NCBI RefSeq assembly: GCF_036588685.1 | Contig: NC_086382.1 | Span: 21,266,001 to 21,330,000, forward strand | Source of the DNA: Mytilus trossulus | Lineage: Eukaryota | Length of the DNA: 64,000 bases | Direction: 5' to 3' | Part shown: positions 25,116 to 37,377 of the stretch, piece by piece | Layout: every line of letters begins with the position of its first letter | Numbering within the stretch: the first letter of the stretch is position 1 | Position numbers and translations under genes: made by a program | Notes under the pieces: generated by a model | Databases searched by the model: none | Seen by the model: only the letters and a program-made list of their open reading frames with translations | What the model was told of the DNA's origin: nothing

Positions 25116-28100
25116 CGCAGCTGACTAAAGTTCTCGTCAATTTATTTCCCTGAGAAACAATTTCCCCAGGAAACAATGTATTTTTTTTTTAAATCCATAC
25201 GCACAAAATAGTTCAACGTACTTCTATTTTCGCAGACACTGTATACTGGTTACATTACGTAACACAAATCACAGATAATTTATCAATAATGTTTAAATTC
25301 TAAGAAAAGGGGTCATATTCATTTTTAGCTCACCTGTCCCGAAGGGACAAGTGAGCTTATGCCATCACTTGGCGTCCGTCGTCGTCCGTCGTCCGTCGTC
25401 TGTCGTCGTCGTCTGTCGTCGTCTGTCGTCGTCTGTCGTCGTAAACTATTTCAAGAATCTTCTCCTCTGAAACTACTAGGCCAAATACTTTCAAACTTTA
25501 ACTGAATGTTCCTTAGGGTATCTAATTTATAAATTGTATCCGAAGTTGTGATCTATCAACAAACATGGTCGCCATTGCTAAAAATAGAACATAGGGGTCA
25601 AATGCAGTTTTTGGCTTAAAACTCAAAAGCCAAAGCATTTAGAGCAAATCTGACAGGGGATAATATTGTTTATCAGGTCAAGATCTATCTGCCCTGAAAT
25701 TTTCAGATGAATCAGACAACCTGTTGTTGGGTTACTGCCCCTGAATTGGTAATTTTAAAGAAATTTTGCTGTTTTTGGTTATTATCTTGAATATTATTAT
25801 AGATAGAGATAAACTGCTGTAAACAGCAATAATGTTCAGCAAAGTAAGATTTACAAATAAGTCAACATGACGGAAATGGTCAGTTGACCCCTTTAGGAGT
25901 TATTGCCCTTTATAGTCAATTTTTAACCATTTTTCGTAAATCTTAGTAATCTTTTACAAAAATCTTCTCCTCTGAAACTACTGGGCCAAATACTTCCAAA
26001 CTTTAACTGAATGTTCCGTAGGGTATCTAGTTTGTAAATTGTATCCGAAGTTATGATCTATCAACAAACATGGTCGCCATTGGTAAAAATAGAACATAGG
26101 GGTCAAATGCAGTTTTTGGCTTATAACTCAAAAACCAAAGCATTTAGAGCAAATCTGACGTTGGGTAATATTGTTTATCAGGTCAAGATCTATCTGCCCT
26201 GAAATTTTCAGATGAATCAAACAACCTGTTGTTGGGTTGCTGCCCCTGAATTGATAATTTTAAGGAAATTTTGCTGTTTTTGTTTATTATCTTGAATATA
26301 ATTATAGATAGAAATAAACTGTAAACAGCAATAATGTTCAGCAAAGTAAGATCTTCAATTAAGTCAATTTGACCAAAATTGTCAATTGACCCCTTAAGGA
26401 GTTATTGCCCTTTAAAGACTTTTTTCACAATTTGTTCATCATGTTGACTTACTTTAAAAAATCTTCTCCTTTGAAACGGCTGTATCAATTTCAGCCAAAC
26501 TTAGGCTAAATGAGTTTCAGAGTATCTAGTATAAATTTTATATTTTATTTCCTTGTAGAAAATAGGAGAAAATGATTATTTTTTTTGGCTTTTGAAGAAA
26601 ATAAATTCCAAAAAACCATTTAAATAAATTGAAAAGCCAGAATAATCATTGATGAGAGATTTAACCAAAAGAATTAAGGTGAGCGATTCAGGCTCTTGAG
26701 AGCCTCTTGTTCATAGAATGATTAATTATTTTCTTAATGATTCTAGTATATAGTAGGGGAAACATTGTTTATGTCAAACAAGTTTGCATTCACTAGTGAT
26801 CACTAGTTTGTCATTCTGTCCGTCAGGACAATTTTCTAAAAGTTTTATCCTCATGTTTGAATTTATTTATTAGATATGAACTATGAACATTTCATAATAT
26901 TATTTAAGGGGTTGGGGGGGGGGGGGTCAAATTTTTTGTGTGTTTCCAGTGGAAACATTTTTTTGGTTTTCCAGGGGAAACATTTTGTTATGTTTCCAGG
27001 TTTTTCTAAAAAAAAATTAACTACTTGTCAATGTTTTCCCCCTCCTAGTATGGGGTTATCATAGACAATTTTCATGTTTCCAAGGAATACGTTTCTTTAG
27101 TACTTCTACAGTTGTCTGGTAATTATTTTTTACCTACTTGTTAATTTATAATTATGTCGCCTAGTATGGGGTCTCTTAGGAAAGATATCATTTTTATGTT
27201 CTCAAGGAACAAATTTAATTTTCGTGTTTCCAGGAGGAACATTTTTTTTTTGTGTTTCCAGGGGAAACGTTTTTGTTGGTGTTTCCAGGGGAAACTTTAT
27301 TTTGTCTTTTATAGGGGAAACATTTTTTTTTGTGTTTCCAGGGGAAACTTTTTTTGTTAGAGTTCCAGGGGACACTTTATTTTGTGTTTCCAGGGGAAAC
27401 ATAGTTTTTTGTGTTTCCAGGGGAAACTTTTATTTTTGTGTTTCCACGGGAAACATTTTTTTTAAAATATTTCCAGGGGAAACATGTTTGTTTGTGTTTC
27501 CAGGGGAAACATGTTTTTTTTTGCGTTTCCAGGGGACACTTTATTTTGTGTTTCCAGCGGAAACATAGTTTTTTGTGTTTCCAGGGGAAACTTTTATTTT
27601 TGTGTTTCCACGGGAAACATTTTTTTTTAATTTTTCCAGGGGAAACATGTTTGTTTGTGTTTCCAGGGGAAACATGTTTTTTTGTGTTTCCAGGGGAAAC
27701 TTTTATTTTTGTGTTTCCACGGAAAACATTTTTTTAATGTTTCCAGGGGAAACATGTTTTTTTGTGTTTCCAGGGGAAACTTTTATTTTTGTGTTTCCAC
27801 GGGAAACATTATTTCAATGTTTCCATTTTTGTCTAGTAATTTTTTTTAACTACATAGGAAAGATTTCATGTTTCCAAGGGACACATTCAATTCTTATTAT
27901 TTTTTGTGCTTCCAGGAGAAGCATTTTTTTGCTTTTCAAGGGAAACATTATATTTTGATGTTTCCAGGTGAATCTTTTTTTTGTGTTTCCAAGGGAAACA
28001 TTTTTTTTATAAGTTTCCAGCGTTGTTTAGTAATTATTGTTTAACTACATGTCAATTTATAATTCTGTCGCCAAGTATTGGTTTCTCTTACAGGGGAAGC

Positions 28101-29921
28101 ATATTTTCAAAGTTTCAAGGGAAATCTTTTAAACTAACGGCACTAAACCAAAACTGATTTGTGTTTTATCCATTGATTGGTACGCTTTTTGGATAGCTCT
28201 TCGGTTGTCTACAATTATTTGTTTTAATGCTTTCTTGAGTATTTTAGCAATTTCATAGATTTTTTCATAATAATAAAAGCATTATTTTGCCTCCATTTTT
28301 TAAATAAACATGTCGTTAAACAACATTTACTAAACATCGCTTGAAATAAATAAAATGTTTCCCTTTGAGACACAAAATAAAGTTTTCCCTGGAAACAACA
28401 AATTAAAATGTATCCCTTGTAAAAGCAAAAAGAAAAGGTTTTCCTGGAAATACCCAAAAAAAATCGAATTGAATGTGTCCCTTGGAAACATGAAATGAAA
28501 TCTTTCATAAGTAGTTAAAAAAATATTACTAGACAAAAATGTAAACATCAACAAAATGTTTCCCCTGGAAAAACACAAAAACAGTTTGCCCTGGAAACAC
28601 CATAAAAGAATGTTACCCCTGGAAACACCAAAAACAAATGTTCCTCCTGGAAACACGAAAACACGTATATAATTTAATGTCCAATGGAAACATGAAAATG
28701 AAATCTTTCCTAAGTAGTCAAAAAATTCTTACAAGACAGACATGGAAACATTAAAAAATTGTTTCCCCTGGAATACCAAAAAAAAATGTTTCTCCTGGAA
28801 TACAAACAAAAATGTTTCCCCTGGAAACACAAAAAAAAATGTTTCCCCTGGAAACACAAAAAAAAATGTTTCCCCTGGAACACAAACAAAAATGTTTCCC
28901 CTGGAAACACAAAAAAAAATGTTTCCCCTGGAAAAAAAAAAATATTTTCCCCTGGAACACAAACAAAAATGTTTCCCCTGGAAACACCAAAAAAAAAATG
29001 TTTTCCTTGGAAACAAAAAAAAAAGTTTCCACTGGAAAAAAAAAAAAAGTTTCCCCGGGAAAAACAAAAAAAATGGTTTGCCCTGGAAACACACTAAAAA
29101 ATGTTTCCCCTGGAAACAAAGAAAAAATGTTCCTCCTCGAAACACGGAAAATGATTAGAATTAAATCTGTTCTTAAAAACATGAAAATGAAATCTTTCAG
29201 AAGCAGAGAAACCAATACTAGGCAGCATCATTATAAATTAACAAGTAATTAAAAAATAATTACTAGACAAGTCTGGAAACACAAAAAAAAATGTGTTCCC
29301 CCTGCCATACACATAAAAAAGAATGAAATCAAATGTGTTCCTTTGAAACATTAAAAATTTCTAAGATAAACCCATACTAGGAGGGGGAAAACATTGACAA
29401 GTAGTTATTTTTTTTTAGACAAACCTGGAAACATAACAAAATGTTTCCTCTGGAAACACAAAAAAAAATTTTTCCACTGGAAACACCAAAAAAAATGACA
29501 CCCCTCCTAGTAATATTATGAGTGTTCATAGTTTATACCAAATATCTAATGAATATATTCAAACATGAGGATAAAATGTTTGAAAAATTGTCCTGACGGA
29601 CAGAATGACAAACTAGTAATCACTAGTGAATGCAAACTTGTTTGACATAAACAATATTTCCCCTACTATATACTAGAATCATTAAGAAAATAATTAATCA
29701 ATCTATGAAAAATGAATATGACCCCTTTTCTTAAAATTTAAACATTATTATAAATTATCTGTGATTTGTGTTACAAAATGTAATCAGTATACCGTGTCTG
29801 CGAAGATAGAAGTACGGTGCACTATTTTGTGCGTATGGTTTTAATCTTTTTTAAATTACATTGTTTCACTGGGAAATTGTTTCTCAGGGAAATAAATTGA
29901 CGAGAACTTTAGTCAGCTGCG
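25116..29921. mobile_element. Foldback-type element: long modular inverted arms with internal ~28-bp tandem hairpin repeats
   Basis: CGCAGCTGACTAAAGTTCTCGTCAATTTATTTCCCTGAGAAAC at both ends, inverted; TGTTTCCAGGGGAAACA arrays at 26930-28125 and inverted at 28355-29490; flanks AAAAAACC/AAAAAACA. Confidence 0.9.
25325..26709 (+). mobile_element. Complete Helentron-associated non-autonomous element (HINE/DINE-1-like) inserted in the left foldback arm
   Basis: 5' AGCTCAC..GTGAGCT inverted repeat, (GTC)n/(GTCT) microsatellite 25374-25442, ~505-bp tandem units at 25456/25961/26460, 3' AGGTGAGC subterminal repeat and AGGCTCTTGAGAGCCT stem-loop; inserted in a T-run and absent from the right arm. Confidence 0.88.
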
Positions 29922-31345
29922 AAAAAACATTTCAATAATTGCCGGACCAAAGTATGATATGGGCATGCAAATACGAACTGTCAGACAGAAAACAGCCTAT
30001 ATTACATGCATTACATAATCTTGATGTTCATATAAACCCAATACGAATGCTGTTTTAGTACTCAGCTATCCAAAAATGAATTTTATTTCACACTAGCCAC
30101 AGGGGCCAAAATGCGAAACTACACACCTAACTGTGGAGTGCTTCCTTATCATCACAATGTTCAGGACACACTATAATGCATGCTGATTTGAACATTTTAT
30201 TGAAATACAACTTACAACCGTTGAACTTATGTCTGAAAAAAAGGAAGAAAACGTAATGGAAATGAAAATTGTTCTGTCTCTTTCCTTGCTTGGAACATTT
30301 GTCGTATTAGATGAAATTATAGGAAAAATCAGATACACTGTTTTGCTTGTGTAACTGTACCACATGTTGATGTGTTTCATTTTTTTTTATTAAACATGCT
30401 CAATATGTTTAATAGAACTTTTAAGTACAAGTCTGTCTAAGATTCAGACAGTGGTGAAAACATGACAAATAAAAAAAGACACTGAAGTTAACATTGATTT
30501 AAGTTCATAATGCACGAGAATAACTTTCTTTTCCGTTTCCTGTTCTGGTGACAGAAGATACAATATGCATTTAAAGGGAAATAACTCCGTAGTTTGCTTT
30601 TAAAAGTCTAACTAAAACTTATCTTTAATTATTTGGAATTACCAGTCATACAGAAACGAAAGACATACTATATCTAGTTCAGGATGATGGCAACTTCAAA
30701 ATAGAATATTCATGCTGGCGTTTTTTTTCTTACCATGTTTTAATTTTTAATTGAAATTTCTGATCCTTACAAAGACTGGCACTTATTACCATCAAATTTG
30801 AGTCCACAACTAGCTAATCTAAAGTAGCTTAACACTTGATGATTCACTTTAGCCTTGATTTTATTCCAATAATTCATTTCTATAATTGCAAAATTTGATA
30901 ATTTCAAATGAACCACGAACGATTTTTTTTTTAAATCAAAAGTAGTAATAATGATTAACAAATAAAAACAACTCAAAGATTTGAGTTTTAACTTTTTAGA
31001 TTTTTGAAACTATCCCAAAAGCTTGAATTATGGAATATGACATCGCATTTTTAGTTATCTACTATATTTTGCGAAATCGTGTTCAGCCAAACTGTTCATC
31101 AAATTTTGAAATCTTCTTTAAATTGCCAACATTTTCTTTTTAGTACATCTGCTATATATAATGTCAGCCAATACCCCTTTGGAAGACCCCGTTTAAATGA
31201 AAAATTAAAAAGAATGCTTCTACAATACGTATTATTTGTAGTGTAATATAATATTACCATGTTTTGTTATGAAACATTGTATTAACTTGTGTGCATCTGT
31301 ATCTAATAAATAGGTGAACAGGAAGGTTACAATTTAATATTTAAA

Positions 31346-31631
31346 ATGTCGACGTCACACACAAAGGACACGAATCATTTTAAGATCTTTTAACGATGCA
31401 TTAACGTGTTCTATTTGTCTTGAAACTTCCAAAGTTCCGAAGTATTTGCCATGTCTACATACTTTCTGCGAATCGTGCATTAAATTTTACATTGTATCAT
31501 TTACGCAAACGGACTAGCAGTCTGAGGGATTAAAATGTCCGGTATGTTGTACAGGTGTTTCACCCGACAAAACACAAGGAAAACAAGAAACAAGGGCATG
31601 TAATCTACAGACGAACTATATTGAGAAGTCG
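31346..31631 (+). pseudogene. Disrupted RING-coding 5' part of TRIM copy 1
   Basis: [26 protein letters not shown]...KCPVC with in-frame TAG at 31515-17, a frameshift before the RING and another just before 31632. Confidence 0.85.
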
Positions 31632-33296
31632 ATGCTGGATAATCGAGCAATTCAAATGTCTGAACAATTGTGTAACTCATGTCAAATAAACAATGAGACA
31701 AAAACGGCAATTTCTTGGTGTACTATTTGTGAAGAGGCATTTTGTGAACAGTGTGATAAATGTCACAAATCTTTCAAATTTACAGCAAAGCACAAAGTTA
31801 TTTTAATGCAGGAAATTCAGTCAGGAAATTCCAATTTGAAAATATCGGAAGTGCTGAAATGTGAAGAGTATTCTTCAAAGATTGTTGAGGTTTACTGCGT
31901 GGATCATTCACAACCATGCTGCAACCTATGTGCACAACTTTCACATCGCAAATTTGAAAACGTGACCTCCATCGAAAATCCTGCCAAAGGTATAAAGCAA
32001 TTTAATCTTACAACTACTTTGATTAAAAAACTTGACGAAAGGAATAAGGAACTTGATGAAATTATTGCGAAACGGAAAGATAGTATGACTATATTTGAAG
32101 GCACCTCTGAAAACATTATTCAAGAAGTGTCAACACTAAAAATGGTAGTTATAGATCATTTAAACAAACTAGAAGAGAAAATAAAGTTCGATCTGGCCTC
32201 TTCAAAGAAACATGTGGTTATGAAATTTACCGATGAAATTAACACTTTTTCGAGTTATAAAAGTGTATCGGCTAACTGGCAGTCAGTTCTCAATGTTTCC
32301 ATAGAACAAGGATCAGATCAACAGTGTTTAATGGAAGTCAACAGGATCGATTCAAAAATGACTATACTTGAGAAGGAAATTGAAGAAACTATAAAAAAGA
32401 TGAAGGAAATGACTATTAAGTTTGTCCCGTCTGACCTGATTGAGAAATTTAAAAGCATCGTAGAGTCGTTGGGTTCCGTAGATATAATAGAAAACAAGTT
32501 TCCATGCACACTATATATTGGGGGATATAGAGAAAGGTTAAATTTTCGAAGCGGTGACATTAAAATTTTGCATAGAATTAATGCTGCAGAAAGTGGTTTA
32601 ATGAGTGCAATATTCATTGCTGATAACCTAATTATAACAAGCTATTACAAAAGTAATGTTGCAAAATACAGCCTCAATGGTGAATTACTGCAAACTTTAG
32701 CTGTAGAAAAGTATCCACTAGATATAACACAAGTTGATAGAACTCAAGTCGCTATTTCTACGTATAAAAGTAACAAAATTTTGTTTGTGGATATTTCAGA
32801 AATGAAGTTAATACGAAAATTGGATTTTTCAGATTTACCCGTCTATGGATTATGCTATGCCGACGGAAACTCATTCGTTATATCCGATGGATCCACACTG
32901 ACATGGGTAAGTTCAAAAGGGGAGATAATTAAACAAAAACCAACACGTGGTAATTCGTTTTATGTTTCAACATCGGATATGAAAGATTGTATATATGGAG
33001 ATGGGGATAATTCTGTGTCATGTGTAGTAGGGGACAGAACCAATTTTACGTATACAAATGAACAATTGTCCTCCCCACGGGGAATCGGAATAGACTTTGA
33101 GGGAAATATCTTTATTGCTGGATGGAGTTCTAAGAACATTCATCAAATAACGGATGACGGAAATTTAATACGGACAATTCCGATTGACACTTTTGGAATT
33201 AGAAGACCATGGACGATACGTTTTGCTCCTAATAGTAATAAATTTGTCGTGACATGTAGTTCTTCTGGAATAGTGGTACTGTGTGAAATAAGTTGA
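31632..33296 (+). CDS. RING-less TRIM ORF (B-box, degenerate B-box2, coiled coil, NHL-like propeller), 554 aa; may be a pseudogene
   Basis: Collinear and highly similar to 39633-41579; LSSPRGIGIDFEGNIFIAG NHL-like repeat; B-box2 ligand losses (CEEY, HRKF). Confidence 0.6.
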   Translation: MLDNRAIQMSEQLCNSCQINNETKTAISWCTICEEAFCEQCDKCHKSFKFTAKHKVILMQEIQSGNSNLKISEVLKCEEYSSKIVEVYCVDHSQPCCNLCAQLSHRKFENVTSIENPAKGIKQFNLTTTLIKKLDERNKELDEIIAKRKDSMTIFEGTSENIIQEVSTLKMVVIDHLNKLEEKIKFDLASSKKHVVMKFTDEINTFSSYKSVSANWQSVLNVSIEQGSDQQCLMEVNRIDSKMTILEKEIEETIKKMKEMTIKFVPSDLIEKFKSIVESLGSVDIIENKFPCTLYIGGYRERLNFRSGDIKILHRINAAESGLMSAIFIADNLIITSYYKSNVAKYSLNGELLQTLAVEKYPLDITQVDRTQVAISTYKSNKILFVDISEMKLIRKLDFSDLPVYGLCYADGNSFVISDGSTLTWVSSKGEIIKQKPTRGNSFYVSTSDMKDCIYGDGDNSVSCVVGDRTNFTYTNEQLSSPRGIGIDFEGNIFIAGWSSKNIHQITDDGNLIRTIPIDTFGIRRPWTIRFAPNSNKFVVTCSSSGIVVLCEIS

Positions 33297-33597
33297 CGCA
33301 AGATTGATAATGATCAAATAGGAAAATAGTAATATGTACCCTAATCAACCTATTATAGTTACTTTTTAGACAATATTTGCCTTATATTCAATGTTTTTTT
33401 TATTAACTGAAGTCCTGTCTATTTTATTTCCTTAATGCTATACTCAAAGCGTCATAAGTAAACGACCATACAAATAGATTTAGAAATTAAGATGTGTTGT
33501 TTTCCCACTTTAGTTTCAATTTGGAATTGCAATTTTGGGATTTCAAAGATAAAAAAACAGTAAGAACTGCTTTCCCCAAATCATATTTAGGATTATG

Positions 33598-33850
33598 TCT
33601 GTTTTGTTCACGCATCGTTGTAAAAATAACGGAATTTGATGCGACTGTCATAAAAGTGAGAGGTTTCGCGCTATAAAATCAGGTTCAATACACCATTTTC
33701 TACATTTGAAAATGCCTGTACCAAGTCAGGAATATGACAGTTGTTGTCTATTCGTTTGATGTGTTTTATCCTTTGATTTTGCCATTTGATGAGGGACTTT
33801 CCGTTTGGAATTTTCCTCGGAGTTCAGTATTTTTGTGATTTTACTTTTCA
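33598..33850 (+). mobile_element. ~250-bp non-coding interspersed repeat carrying a twister fold
   Basis: 3' half repeated at 34520-34657 (+); degenerate copy at 44115-44365 (-). Confidence 0.75.
33642..33743 (+). ncRNA. Putative type-P5 twister ribozyme (second family)
   Basis: P5 CGACTGTCATA/TATGACAGTTG; GAGGT 33660-64; C^AA 33686-88; ACC 33692-94; P3 ATTTTC/GAAAAT; P4 CCTG/CAGG enclosing TACCAAGT; P2 imperfect. Confidence 0.72.
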
Positions 33851-35021
33851 CTTGCTGGGTAAAAAATCGAAAAATGATTGAAACCTTTCTGACATTAAAT
33901 GGGCTTAATCTTTCGAAAAACTAAATAGTTCTACTCCAGGAATAGATGATCTAAGCTGTAAAGTATCTTGAATCCTCTAATAGTTCGTACTTTATTTCGC
34001 CCTTTTCACTTGATGAAAGACATTCCAAACTAGGATGAATTGATTAGTTTTAAAAAGTCAAAAGAACTTTTGCGTCTAGTTTTTTCAACATAAACTTTGT
34101 TATGATCTATAGAAAATTCATTGCAGGAATATAGAATTTGGTAACATATTATATATATATATACGTAATTTTGTTGGAATATCATAGCGCACGTACATGT
34201 GTATCTTGCGATGCTGTGACATTTTGAAAAGATTGCAGATGATTTTTTTAAAAGCATTAGGCGAAATAAAAAGAGTAGGTTGGCCGGGCCTCTTTGTTAA
34301 AGTCTAAGGTTATATAAGATTTATTTAAGTTTTGTTTCTTGTCCTTTCAATGTGTTATTTAAGTGTTTAATTAGGTACAATTCAATTTTGATAGTTTTCT
34401 ATACTTCCTAAAGTTGTAACATTGTTCTGGCTCATAGCGACTTTCTCATTTATCAGTTGTGCTTCGTGGCAAACAGGCAATCGTTGGATTACCCGACTTT
34501 TAAATCGCATGAATATGTTCTACATAGGAAAATGCCTGTACCAAGTCAGGAATATGACAGTTGTTATTCATTCGTTCGATTCGTTTTAGCTTTTGGTTTT
34601 ACATTTGACTGTCCGTTTTGAACTTCCTCGGAGTTCATCATTTTTGTGATTTTACTACACTATTTCTATGAACGTAACACTTAAATTCACAATGCACAGA
34701 ACCTTCATGAGTGACCAAACATAAGTTTCTGTTATAGATAATTATAATGCACATTTTAAGTATTTTTTTTGTCGTAGAACACACCGAGGGGTGTCAGGAT
34801 TGATCAAATGAAAGACCGACCGTATGGATATACTGACACCACGATATCATTTTCCTTACACTTGTGATTCACCATTAACTAGACCTAAGTACACATGAAA
34901 ACATTGTTGACGACAATACCGCCAACGCCGGAAACAATATAGCGATTTCTCGCTTTGTTTAAATCAAATATCAATGATAAGAAAAACAGGTAACCAGGAA
35001 GGATCAAGTCCAATTTTAAAA

Positions 35022-35975
35022 ATGGCAACACCTTTAAACGACATTTATCAGTTTGACGATTCATTGACGTGTACAATTAAAGTTCCAAAATACTTGGCAT
35101 GTCTTTCTGCGAATCCTGTAAAAAAAAATCTACATTGTATCTTCTACCGAAAAGGAAACGAAATTTGACGGATTCAAATCCGGTTTGTCAAAAAATTTGT
35201 TTCATAGAGTAAAACAGCAGAAAAACCAGAACCATGGGTTTCCACATTATCTATGAAGTCGATGTTGAATAAGCGAGTAATCCAGAGGTCAGAAAAAGTT
35301 TACAACTCGTGTCAGATAAACAATGAAACAAAAACGGCCATGTCTTTGTGTACTTTTTGTGAAAAGGCATTTTGTTAGCAGTATGAAAATTGTCATTAAT
35401 CTTTCAAAGTCTCAGCACAAACGTAAGTCGATCAATGAAATTCAGTCTGGAAATTCCAAGTTGAAAATATCTGGAGTCTTGAGTTGCAAATAACATCAAG
35501 AGAAGATTGTAGAGGTTTATTGTGTCGATCATTCGAAGTTTGTTTTTTTATATTTTTTTGATGTACCTTCGCAAATGTTAAAACTTGATCTCAACCGAAA
35601 ATGCAACAACAGGCTTAAACAATCCAAACCAACCACCATCCTAGTAATAAACTTTAATAAAGGAAAGAAGGCAATTAATAAAATAGTATGGTTAGTTTGA
35701 AGTCTGCTAGTTCTCTTAAAGAAAATGCTAATTTCCGAAGGCGGCAACATAAAAATTTAGCACGAAATAAATACTGATTACTTTGTCATATTAGATCCGG
35801 TCACGTGTGAAGTTTCAAAATACATTCTGGATTGTCAATTTGTTAATGCTTTGGCTATCGAAAAGTATCTAACGGACATAACACAAGTTAATCAGATTAA
35901 AGTTGCTATTTCCAATGATATTATTATTGTTGACATTTAAGAAATGAAATTAATACGAACATCGGATCTTTTGAA
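35022..35975 (+). pseudogene. Decayed TRIM copy 2
   Basis: Shares the AGGTAACCAGGAAGG leader and MAT start with the intact gene; RING, B-box and part of the propeller are recognisable but carry many deletions and stops. Confidence 0.85.
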
Positions 35976-37377
35976 TATTGTATTTCCTACATTCAAACTG
36001 TTTATGCTTTTAATCTATTGTAATTGATAAGTTTTCATGAGACGAGACGCGCTTTTAGTGTAGCGAATTTAAACCCTGGTCTTTTCACGAATTTTTTTAC
36101 ATAATATAAGATCCAAATGGAAAAAGTATTCTGGAATATTTTTTCTATTGGAATAAGTATTACAGTATATGTTCCTATAGGAATGAATTGTATATAATAT
36201 TTGTTCCAACAGGAACAGATATTATGATATTGTTTATAATAAAGTTTCTAGTGGAAGCCTCTGCTCCTTCTCGAATGAATCAATACCTCAGTGGTGGTCT
36301 GTTGTGTGCTGACGTGACATATCTTCTTTCATTTAAAACAATGTAAAGGGGAAAAACTAAAGTGAAAAATATGTATGTACGGTGAGATAACCAAAAGTTT
36401 CATCATTAGGCAAGAAGAATATGTATCTGAATCTCACGCAGTTATAATAACAACAATAACAACAATCCTTATTATAGATAAATCACCAGGAAAGTGATTT
36501 TGTTTCTTTTAACTTGTACACTTTCTCCTTCTTGGCCTCTACATAAACAAAATGATGCCCGCCTTTTGGTTAAGGATTTAAACTAATCCTACTTTAGTTT
36601 TTTCCCCTTAACATTGATTATTTTTGTTTATTTTTTTTTGTTTACTTCAATAGTTGAAAATTACTTAAATTACAACATAAAAGATATGCAAAGATAAGAC
36701 CACATTTTTTATCTTAGGATGCTAGATTATCAACTGAACAGTTGGTACCAACAGATAATTGAAAGATTAACTCCTCTCATATGCATTTGTATAGAGAATA
36801 TTTGCCATATACTTTTATTTACATATTAGTTTAATCAGTATTTTACTCCCTGTTGTGACATGATACTGTCTCTGGGATTTTTACAAAATGTTCATATAGA
36901 TAAATACTTTCAAATGATTAAAACATCATTCACAAATTATTTTATGTCCGAAGCGATACATTTTAAGAAAAAAATCAATACAACTCAAGTGTAAACATTT
37001 TATATAAGTAAAAGAAAACTTTCCTCATCCAATGAATGAGTCATTAGAATACTGTAATTTTCAAAATCGTCAACAGTTATGGAATAAACCAAATGATTAT
37101 CTTGACTCTTTCTTTATTTTATCTCTGTAGAACGGCATTTATCTCAACAATACAATATCTGGAGTGTTGGCACATATTAGTTTACAAATATTCTCAAACA
37201 GGGGTCGGTTAATGTGCACTGAAAGATAATTAATTGTTGACTTCCAAAGAGTTCATAGTTTTGTTTAATCGTTTTTTAACAAAAACTTTGCGAATGTTTA
37301 ATGTCATAGCATCTGCGAGATCATTACACGCGATACAAGGAGCTAGCTTTTATAATGTGCATGTAACACATTGGAAT

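Noticed and set aside
26876-29252. Many overlapping ORFs (FPGETFF / CFQGK repeats)
   Set aside because: Translation artefacts of the foldback tandem array: open in several frames on both strands, low complexity
26930-29490. CRISPR-like regularly spaced palindromic repeats
   Set aside because: Spacers are ~10-bp T/A tracts rather than unique sequences; no cas genes; eukaryotic context
26930-29490. STAT/GAS-site array
   Set aside because: The dominant unit is TTC-N5-GAA, not the N3/N4 spacing of STAT sites
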